Both the position numbers and the translations under genes were made by a program. A stretch of 64,000 nucleotides of DNA from Narcine bancroftii (taxonomy: Eukaryota): contig NC_091472.1 of the NCBI RefSeq assembly GCF_036971445.1, forward strand, positions 89,714,001 through 89,778,000, in the 5' to 3' direction. Every line of letters begins with the position of its first letter. Positions within the stretch are counted from its first letter, which is position 1. Under the pieces are notes generated by a model. The model saw only the letters and a program-made list of their open reading frames with translations. It searched no databases and was not told where the DNA came from. Shown here one piece after another: positions 13,000 through 22,971 of the stretch.

Positions 13000-14690
13000 A
13001 CCCATGTCCATGCCAACCATCAAGTATTAATACCATTTACTACCATCTAGTCTGTAGTCTTCCAATGCTTTAATAATTTAAATGCTCCTCTAAATACTTA
13101 AATGTTGCAAGAGACTGTTCCAAATTCTAACCAAATAGCGGTGTGAATTATTTTTGTTCAGATTAATCTAAATCTCATCTCTTGGTCCCTCAGGCTTCTC
13201 CTTCTAAAAATCAACTGCTCCATGGTCTTTGTGACATTGACAGCAAGATTGTTGTTCTGGCACCACCCAACCAGATTCTTGATCTCTATCCTTGTACCCT
13301 AACCTCATTGTTCTTTTATTCTATGCTCTGGGTAAAGAAAGCAAGAATCTTGTACGCCTTCTTCATTATCTTATCTACCCATGCTGATATCTTCAAGGTC
13401 TTGGACTTGCAAAATGAGGTCCTTTAATACTCCAAGGCCAACCATTATGCATATCCTATCCTTATTAGTCCTTTAAAACATCACCTCATGCATATTTAAA
13501 CAAGATTTAATCAATCTTATCCTGTAACAAATGTCCTCCTCAAGATCAACATTAATTTTCTTGTCATATGCAAACTTCTAATCATATCTTCTCGATAATA
13601 TACAGACCATTAATGTACATGATGAGCAATGAGGTTCCTGGCACCAATCCATGTCATATACTACTGGTCATTTGACTCCCAAACATAACCTTCTACCATC
13701 AGCCCTGCCATTATTACAAAGCCAATTTTGTAACTATTTGCCAACTTGCTCAAGGTCAAATGAACTAACATTCTGGACCAGTCTCCTCTACAGAATCTTG
13801 TCCAAGACGTTAGTGAAGTCAATGTAGACTTCATCAATGACATTACTTTCCAGCTGCCTTATTATGTCTTGAAAAAATTCAATCAAATTGGTAAGACTTT
13901 TTTTATTGAAAACATGGTAAGCAGATTCTGGCCATTGAAACCAATGATACCCAATTAACATAAAAGCATGTACGTTTTGGACGGTGGGAGGAAACTGGAG
14001 CATCCAGGGAAAACCCACACAGGTTACATGGAGAACATACTTACAGACGGTGCTGGATTCAAATCTGGGTCACTGGCGCTGTAATAGCCATGCCACCTCT
14101 AACTAAACAAATGTTGACCATCTTTGATTAACCCTAGGCAATCCAAGTGCCAATCAATCCAGTTCCTAATTTTTAAATATCTTTCCTACCAATGAATTAC
14201 ATCCATAGCCTGTAATTAATTACCTGGCTTATTCCTGCTGATATTCAATGGTACATGTTCTGACCCTACCTGTGGCCTAAGATTTTTAAAAAATCTGCTA
14301 ATATTGCAGCAATCTTTCCCCTGCTTTCCAATGGAACCTACAGCACACCTGTTTCTTCCCAATGTAGCCTGCAACATCCCTCATTGTGTCCTGTAGATCT
14401 GCCAACTTTAAATAAGCCAATGTCACCCTTTTGATAATGTTTTAGAATTTCACTGCCTAAATTCTCCAATACAAAGCTCTCCCTTTTAAGTGAATATGAT
14501 GAGAATATTTATTTAAGACCTTACTCCTGCCATAGATCACTATTTTGACCCTAATAAGCCCTTTCCTTTCTCCCTGGTAATCTTCTTGCCCTTAATCATT
14601 ATCCTGTCCACTGATGATATTTCAGGTCCCTCTTTGCCCTCCCAATTTCTTAAGTATCCATATTCTTTAAGGACCTTCCCTATTTTCTAT
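13000..14690 (-). mobile_element. Degenerate CR1 LINE segments, interrupted by a SINE at 13920-14097
   Basis: SLTNLIEFF...VIDEVYIDFTNVLDKI (CR1 reverse transcriptase) on -. Confidence 0.75.
13920..14097 (-). mobile_element. tRNA-derived SINE
   Basis: Shared SINE core (gctattacagcgccagtgacccag...gtctgtaag). Confidence 0.75.
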
Positions 14691-14989
14691 GCAAAAATTG
14701 GCAGTTTGGTGGACATGGAAGCAGGATGTCTAAGGTTACAAAAAATTTAGAATACAAAAGGATCCTGATTAATCTTGATCAGGAGGATTAGAAGATTAAA
14801 TTTAATGGACTCAAGTGCAAAGTAATACAGAAAGTTAAATCAGTTTAGGACATACAGTAAATGGTAGTGCCCTGGGGAGAGTCGATACGTCGATGGATAC
14901 AAATACTTAGCTCATTGAAATTGGCAACACAGGCATGGTGGCATAAGGATTGGTATGCAAGAGCATGTGCCAAAGTGCTGAAGATGCAT

Positions 14990-15560
14990 GGACCTAGAAC
15001 ACTGCAGTGATAACCTGGGACTGCAAGGATTGACATACATTTACCAGAACCTATGTGAGAAAAATGACTCCATCTACTGAAGTACTTTCCCTTCAATGCC
15101 ATTAATTTCACTGTTACTTGGGTGTTTTGATACCACATTTGGTCAAATTCTGCCTTGACATCAAGAATGGTCACTTTCACTGTACAATTCAGCTCTTTTG
15201 TCTAAGTTTGAACCAAGGCTGTGAAGGTCTAGAACTGAGCAGTCCTGGCAAACCCAAACTGCACACCAGAGTTAATGCTGCTTGATAGCTTGTCACTACC
15301 ATTCTGTTGATGATTGACAGGGAATAATTAGCTGCACTGCATTAGTCCTACTCTGTGAATAGGACATACTTAGGCACATTGTCAGGTTCCAGGGTTGTAA
15401 ACATTTAGTTCTGGGGCACAAGGTTTTTGGTATTTTAGCTAGGATGTTGTTTTATTCCATAGTCTTTGTTTTATCCAGTGCTTTGAACCATTTCTTGTAA
15501 TCAAGTGGAGCAAATTGAATTAACTGAAACACAGCTTTTGGAATGCTGGGGATTTCAGGA
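14990..15560 (-). mobile_element. Non-LTR retrotransposon RT fragment
   Basis: LDVKAEFDQMWYQ resembles the RT LDxxxAFDxV motif; degenerate. Confidence 0.6.
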
Positions 15561-15899
15561 AGCAGCAAGATAGGTTGCACATCCTTCAAATCTCTTTCCA
15601 TTTCCCCCTGGCATTTGTGAAGGTGGAGAGTTTCTGGAGCTGCATCCTTGCAGGTATGGTAGGAACTTGCTATGAAAATAAAAAACAATGCTGTGAATTG
15701 ATATGGTTAATGCTAAGAGGATGTTTTTCCAGCAGGTTAGGAAGTATCTGAAAAATATGGAGAACAGGATTAAACATGAAAGTCTGCATATGCTAGGATT
15801 GTAAAGCAATACACTAAAGAGCTGGAGGAACTCAGGAGGTCAGACAGCATCTATAGGAAATAGAGGGTAACCGGAAACATTGGATACTCTTCCTTATGA

Positions 15900-17830
15900 A
15901 TGCTACATCACTTGAGTTTCCAGCACGTATGGGCATTGCAGTACAGTTCAAAAGTAAGGATTTGCACATTTAGAGGGAAATTAGGATTTTTGATTCTCAG
16001 GGGTGAATCACTTAAAAGGATGGTTTATACCTGTACTGGGGAGGGACCAATATTATTGTGGGCAGATTTACTGGAGAAGTTACAGAGCGTTTAAACTAAG
16101 TAGGGGGATGGGAACCAGAGTGTTAGGTCAGATGATGGAGCAGTTGGTGAAAAGATATATAGGATGCACAGTGAGGTTGTGATGAAGAATGGAGCATAAA
16201 GGTAGTCTGTGTTCTTTAATGAACTTAAGAGTATGGATCAGTACATGGGATGCAAGTTCATGGGTTTAGACATTTCAAAAGGGATAGCAAAGGAGTTGAG
16301 AGGAGAGCAGCATTACTAATCAGGGAAATTATCACAGCTGCTGAAAGGGAGGACATTGTAGAAGGATCACCTACTGAATTATAGTCAGAAACAGGTAGGC
16401 AGCGATCACTATTGGAAATATTCTTTGGGCCTCAAATTGCCACCAGGACATTGAGGAGCAAATAAGAACAATTTTGGAAAGGAGAACAGGGCTGTTGAAA
16501 TGGAAGACTTCAACTTCCCCAAGAGTGCAAAAAGGTTCAGATGTAGCCAAAGATACCTGTCACAGTATTTGGACAGGCCAACTGAAGAGGCCATACTGGA
16601 TCTAATATTCAGTAATGAATCAATTCTGAAATCTCGGTGGGGAAGCAGGATTATGGACAAGGATTGTAAACAAAATGGGAACATGTTCAATTGGGAATTA
16701 GGGAGGAATTGAGAGTGTAAATTTGGAACAGATGTTCTCAGGGAAATGCACAGCAGAAATATGGAGGATGTTTTGGAACCACATGCATGGGTTCCTGGAT
16801 AGGTTTGCCCGACTGAGACAGGGAAAAGATGATAGGATAAGGGAACCATGGTTGACAAAATGGGTAGGCAGCTAGTCAAGAGGAAGAAGGTTGCACAAGG
16901 ACAAGAAAGCAAATGTTAGGAAGGGCTCGAGAATTGTATGGTAGCCAGAAAGGAAAAAGGACTCAGGAGAACAAGAAGGCTCAATAAGATCCTGGCAAAG
17001 TCAAAGAAAAACCTAATATGTTCTTCACATACATGAAGAACAGAAGGATGACTAGAGAGGACCAATTGGGGATAAAGAGATGAACAAGTGCCTGGAGGCA
17101 GAAGAGGTCCTAAATTAATACTCTGCTGCAGTGTTCATGAGGGAGAAGAATCTTGGTGAATGCAAGGTCAGTGTAGAACAGGCTAATGTGCTGGAGTACA
17201 CGGAGGTCAAGAGAAAGTACTAGATCTTCAAAAAATTATTCAGATAGATAAGACCTCGGGACCATACGAGATATACTACGAGATATACTGGAGGAGTCCT
17301 AGGTGTGCTCGCATATGTCACTGGAGGCTAGAGGTATTTTAGCCTTTATCACAAAAAAATTTGTTTATAAAAATCTTACTGCAACTGCATGGAGGCTCGG
17401 CAAGATGTCAACTGGTGCATGTTTATATCTTCCTTATGAGGAGTGATTGAATGGACTAGATCTACATTTGAGTTTAGAAGAATGAGCAACCACATCAAAA
17501 TTTATGTAATTCTTAAAGTGCTTGAAAGACTAGATGCAAGGAGAATCTTTCCACTAATTTGGGGACTACACCAAGGTGTACAGTCTGAGTACAAGACTAA
17601 GCTCTTTTGGACTGAAGATTACCGTAATTTCTTCACTCAGATGTCTGTCAACTTTGGAATTCTCTATCTCACCACACCAGGTAGAGATCAATAGATTTTT
17701 GGGAATTAAGGAAATCAAGAGACATTATACATAATGCTGGAAAACGATCCCAAGATAGAAAACCAGCCGTATCAATGGCAGAGCAGGCTAGAAGTGAAAG
17801 ATGGCCTATTTTTGATCCTATGTTAAGCAT
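15900..17830 (+). mobile_element. Degenerate CR1 LINE (endonuclease region and 3' end)
   Basis: DFNFP...YLDRPTEEAILDLIFSNE (APE domain), with a CR1 3' tail at about 17400-17830. Confidence 0.75.
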
Positions 17831-17964
17831 TCAATACTCAATGAACTGGTTTCCAAATTTTACTGCAGCTAATAATAAGCTTTCTCAAATGGTATTAAAA
17901 CCATCTCCACGTATATGGAGCAGATTAATTAACAGAAAAAATATTACATGAAAATTAAACTGAC

Positions 17965-18018
17965 CTGCTTCTCTGCCTTGACAGAGACCTGGATCTGGAT
18001 CGTGACCTTGATCGAGAT
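17965..18018 (-). CDS. SRSF7: SRSF7 exon 6 (54 nt)
   Basis: ttttgtatAG acceptor and CAG|GTCAGT donor; (R)SRSRSRSRSRSLSRQRS. Confidence 0.92.
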
Positions 18019-19120
18019 CTATACAAAAGAGCAATACCAAATTAAAATGACAGCAATACGAGATGGGGTAAACAAACTACAACTTACAGGTACTTAACTT
18101 AGAAAAAACATTTACCAATCCTCCATAAGTGCTTTGATGTCATCTACAATTGATTCAGTTATCCAGAGTAATGAAGGGGTGAACCACAATAGATAAGGCA
18201 AAAATACATTAAAATGGCAATGGAAGCTCTTGCATAGTACTTTGTTTAAAGTACTTTATCCTGCTGCTTAATTGACTTTCTTTTCTAATAATTACCTGAA
18301 TTGTTCCAAAATCAATTAATTATTCAAGAGTGCAGCATCTTGCTGCTCTACATAATCAAACAAGCACAGTAGTGCCCAATATTTTGTCTGAAAGTACAAG
18401 CTTTTAAACCAAAGAATACAAGGTTCCCCCTCACACACACTCAAGTTAATTTGCAAATTGGGGTAAATCAGCCACTGGATAAGCTAGTCAACTGAACTTC
18501 TTTCATAAACTAACTGAATTCCAGAGAAGCCTCCACCATTGAATTTCTGTTGGCTCTCACAATTGCTTAAACTATCTGACTGCAAATATATGTTTATTAG
18601 GAAAGTTTATGTTTGCAAATAGAAATGATCAAAATGTACATTCCTTCAGGCACTTTTGTGATTACTGTTTATACTCGTGTAACAGTCAAGTTTTTTGGAC
18701 CAATTTATCGGTCAAATTTTGGGGGGGGGGGGGCCTCGACTTTTACAGTAGCCATATTTTTGACTGCGGTCAGTACCTGCGCTGGGAGCTTGGATAGCTG
18801 GGACTGCATGGTAAGTCCACATTCTAGGAGTCAGGAGCTCGAGTGGATGTGCGGCCAGGGCCTAGCAGTGTCGCAGGGCGCGCACAGCCGAAGATTTATA
18901 GTCGAGGCTTCAGGAGGTCAGGGCCAAGAATTTTGCGGGGGGGGGGGGGGGGGGAGGAGAAAAAATTGACTATTACACTGGTATACATGATAATTCCAAA
19001 CATATTTATTAATCTTCTGCAGTTTTCATGAAGCTCATTCTAAATACCTACATTTTCTTCCATTTTAACATACTTAAAATTGAAGCCATTTGTCACAATA
19101 TAACAATTCCATTTTACCAC

Positions 19121-19351
19121 TGTAGTGCGTGTCGAAAGAACCAAAGACTTGTTGATCCAAACCAAAGCTTTTATTAACTAAAAGACTGGAGCATATCACA
19201 AGTAGGTCGACCAGTCCAGAATGACCTGGTCTGGCTAGGAGCAATCCTTTAAGACCTGCCAGTAGGTGTGGCTACACTCTCAACCAATCACAGTCATCCT
19301 ACACTACAATCTGTACATATACACATTGGTGATAGAATCTGTACTATAACA
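19121..19351. mobile_element. Short solo LTR (about 230 bp)
   Basis: TGTAGTG...TATAACA termini, flanks accac / aacac, internal poly(A)-like tttatt. Confidence 0.55.
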
Positions 19352-20153
19352 AACACAAAGACCAAAAGCCAATCAATACAGAAGGGAATAAAATTATTCA
19401 AAAAGGATACATTTAAATAAACAAGATCGCCATTATTTAGCAGTTATATTACAGTTGCAGTGAGTGCAACGCACCAAAGCCATTAACAAGATAGACAATT
19501 GACAAAATAAGAGGATATAGAAGCAGGACGCGTGGAATAAATCAGAGTATCATATCAGACTAGAGTCAAACTACCTGCTTTATGTTGCAACTTCTTAGAA
19601 AATTTTTGTACTGTCAACTGTAACCATTTCAAGAATTAATTTTAAAATTTATAAAAAATTCACACTCTAGCAGTCAATAAGATCTTAAAACATTGTACTT
19701 GCTTTCAAGCGCAAACTCATTATCAGCTGTAAACAACCCTGCAGTTCTCAAAAAAAAACCTGATGCTGGAAACCTCAGCTCTTTGCTCAGAAAGATTAAC
19801 TTAGGTTCTCTCCACATTTGCAGCCTGACCCACTGAGCACTTAGAACATTTTGCTTTAATTTTCGATCACTGCAGTTTTTTTTGTTTACTAATTAACTGC
19901 ATTAATGTTATCACAGGCATCTAAATACAGTCACTGCTCAAAAATTCAATTCGGCACCAATTACAAACAAAGCACCAATAATATCTAATATCTTCTCAAG
20001 ATGGTAACTCCTCAGGCCTCTCCTTGATATTAACTTTCAAACAATTGTCAAGAAAGAATGAAAACATGCAATCAGTAGAATATAAACAATTATCAAATGA
20101 TTCAGAGTTCAATATACTTTAAAGGAGAGTGAATAATGTTATGTTGTACTCAC

Positions 20154-20231
20154 CTCGACCTTTTAGGAGAGAAAGATCTGGACCTCCGAGGAGAAAATGA
20201 TCTGGACCTCCGAGGAGAAAATGACCTGGAC
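20154..20231 (-). CDS. SRSF7: SRSF7 exon 5 (78 nt)
   Basis: tttgtcaAG acceptor and GAG|GTGAGT donor; (R)SRSFSPRRSRSFSPRRSRSFSPKRS. Confidence 0.92.
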
Positions 20232-20322
20232 CTTGACAAAATTTGAATATAGTTATTGTTACATTATACAATACATTTTAGAACCCAAGGTACCAATTCT
20301 TGATACTAAACTTCCCTTAAAG

Positions 20323-20697
20323 TAGTGGTTCCCAACCTTTTACTTTCCACTCACATACCACTTTAAGTATTCCCTATGCCATAAGTGTTTTGTGATTAGT
20401 AAGTGATTGCTTAAGGTGGTATGTGAGTAGGAAGGGAAGGTTGAGAATTATTGCTCTAGACCCAATTATTACTGAAATATTTTGCTTGAAAAAAATTGTC
20501 ATTGGTCCATTTCCTTTGGAGTTATGCAACTGTGCACATAACGAATCAATTTGGAATGATTAAATCAGTGATTTTCAAACTTTTTCTTTCCACCCACATA
20601 CCACCTTAAGCAATCCCTTATTAATCAGAGAACATTTATGGCATAGGGAATACTTAAAGTGGTATGTGAGTGGAAAGTAAAAGGTTGGGAACCATTG
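20323..20697. mobile_element. hAT-type MITE, a composite palindrome
   Basis: Termini tagtggttcccaacc...ggttgggaaccattg, ~130-bp inverted arms, 8-bp TSD ccttaaag / acttaaag. Confidence 0.85.
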
Positions 20698-20711
20698 ACT
20701 TAAAGGAATAC

Positions 20712-21785
20712 TGTTACAGGTTATATTATATATTATGAATAAATATGTCCTTAAAAAGAGATAGATTATGGGGGTATAGTGTAGATTGTGACAGAATATG
20801 TTGTTTTATATTGTTTACAGATAGGATTTTGGGAGGTAAAGTGTGGCAGGAAGTTTATGGCACATACAAACACCAAAACAGATCTCATTTAAAATACTGG
20901 AGCCCTGCTCAAGCTAGTCATTCTGGCTCAGAATACCTTTGCAAAAGCTTTGGGGAGAGCCCAAGGCACTTCACTAATGGATTGTTGTTTTGAAAAGCAA
21001 CAGATAAAAGAAGTCGGAGGATTAGATTCAGAGCCACAGTCTGTCTGGAAGTTGCTGTTCTAAGAGGGCCATGTGGTTTTGCAAGCAGAGAGAATAAAAC
21101 AGGCTTTTCTCAGAGAGAAAGAAAATTCAGTTCTACAGTTCAGCAGCTGGGACTGGAACAGGACAAGCTAGCAAGCTTGTGGAAAAACCCCATTTTGAAG
21201 ATGGGTTGTGAGTGCTTAGTTCAGTTTGGTCAAAGCCCTTGTGGTCCATACATGAGTAGAGGACTGGCTGTCTCATGTTTCACTTGAAATAAGGGAAATA
21301 AAAACTCTGTGGTGACATGAAAGAAAGAGGTCATCATCTGGAAAACCCTGATGAGGCAAGTTTCTTCAGCAAGACACTGAAGTGGCTGATTGAAAGGGAT
21401 CAGTTTGTGTCCAGCAAACAACAAATCTCTCTCTGAAAACTGAGAAGAACCCTCCTGAGTGGTAACCATTTACCTTTCAAGCACCAAAGCCTGGTGAAAT
21501 TCATAAATGTTAAACTCTGTGCACAGTGTAAGTATTACCTGCAACCAGTGAACTTGGTGGAATGAGAAGTGAGATTGGACAGTGAATTAAAGAACTTTTC
21601 TGAACTTACATAAAACATTACATACACATGTGCTTAGAATTAGAAGGGGGTTAAGTAAGTAAGAAGTTAACGTTTGATTCTGTTTTCATGTTTAAAGAAA
21701 ATGAAAAGTGACTTTTGTTTAAGTAACCATTGTCTTGGTGAATTTCTATTGCTTCTGGGTTTTGGAGTCCTCTGGGCTTGTAACA
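20712..21785 (+). mobile_element. Complete solo LTR (family A, 1074 bp)
   Basis: TGTTACA...TGTAACA termini, 4-bp TSD ATAC at 20708-20711 and 21786-21789, three other copies in the window. Confidence 0.85.
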
Positions 21786-21789
21786 ATAC

Positions 21790-21864
21790 CTTCTGCCACG
21801 GCTACGGCTGTGTGAACGAGTATATCTTCTTCCACGTGATCTTGAACGTGATCTAGTCCTGGAC
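21790..21864 (-). CDS. SRSF7: SRSF7 exon 4 (75 nt)
   Basis: aaccAG acceptor and AAG|GTATTG donor; (R)SRTRSRSRSRGRRYTRSHSRSRGR. Confidence 0.93.
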
Positions 21865-22112
21865 CTGGTTTAACAAAGGAGAGGAAGGTTAAATTTAGTC
21901 GTTTCAGAATAATATTCAAGGAATATCTCTGCTGGAATCTAAACAAAAATTGCTACAATACAGTATTTGTGTCAGTTTGAAGACAATGTGGGGACCTATA
22001 TACATCTTTTTAGTTAAAATCTACATAACGTAGATCCAGTTTAAAAATTACATTTCTCTTAGCATTTTGTGCATTGTAAAAAAAAAACTTGTAAGTGGTA
22101 CATAAAGTAAAC

Positions 22113-22572
22113 CTTGCAAGTTTGCAGGTCAGTCGACCCCCTCTTTGGACCAAGCTCAAGCAGATCTAGTCGATCTAGAAGTATCTATCAGATCATCGCA
22201 GCATCTAGATGTTCTTCAATCTAACGACGATCAAATTGACAGCCAAATGAGCCAATGTGAGGCTTGATTGACGCAGGATGGTTTGTCTACGAGGGAATGC
22301 GGTCAATCTGGTGTTCCTCTAGAAAGGGGCCCAATTGAAAGCCAATTTACAGCATAACGGCGATCACCTTGTCTCATTCTCAAACATTTTCTGCCCTCAA
22401 AAGAATCTTAAAGGTGAAGCTAGTTGTAGCAGGCTCTCGAGGGGATCTGGCCTCATGCCAATCACTGTATGCTCTAGGCGCATCAAAACTGTTGGATTTG
22501 CTAGATGCCTTAGCCTGATATCATGAGGCTCACGACATTCTGAATCGCGGTGACTGACTCAAACGAAGAAAC
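22113..22572 (-). promoter_or_regulatory. SRSF7: SRSF7 poison cassette exon (460 nt, NMD-inducing autoregulatory exon)
   Basis: cctttcAG|GTTTCTTCGTTTGAGTCAGTC start and TGCAAACTTGCAAG|GTTT end match the conserved vertebrate SRSF7 intron-3 exon as I recall it. In-frame TGA at 22530-22532. Confidence 0.88.
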
Positions 22573-22794
22573 CTGAAAGGTTTGGACCAGGCGGATCATT
22601 AATATTCAAAACATTCACATTGAAACTCAAAAGTCAAACAAATAAAAATGCCACAAGACCAATTAACACTTAAATGTAAATCAGCAAACAATGATAAAGC
22701 AGTGCATTTCTTTATTTAGATGAAAATAATACTGCTTTCATATACTTAAAATGCTTTGAAGCAATATTAAGTCACTGAGACTGGTATCCCATAC

Positions 22795-22971
22795 CTGCTC
22801 CTCCTGCGTCGACTATAGCGGTGACAATCATATGCATAATGACCCTTTTCTCCACATTCATAGCATCGATCATTTGGGTCAAAGGGCCTTCGTGCTGGTG
22901 GCCGCTCAAAACGTGAACGCCGTGGCATTCCTGTTGATAATTCCACTCGAACACGTGAACCACAAATTACC
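22795..22971 (-). CDS. SRSF7: SRSF7 exon 3 (177 nt; RRM end and zinc knuckle)
   Basis: [58 protein letters not shown], with AG and GT boundaries. Confidence 0.98.
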
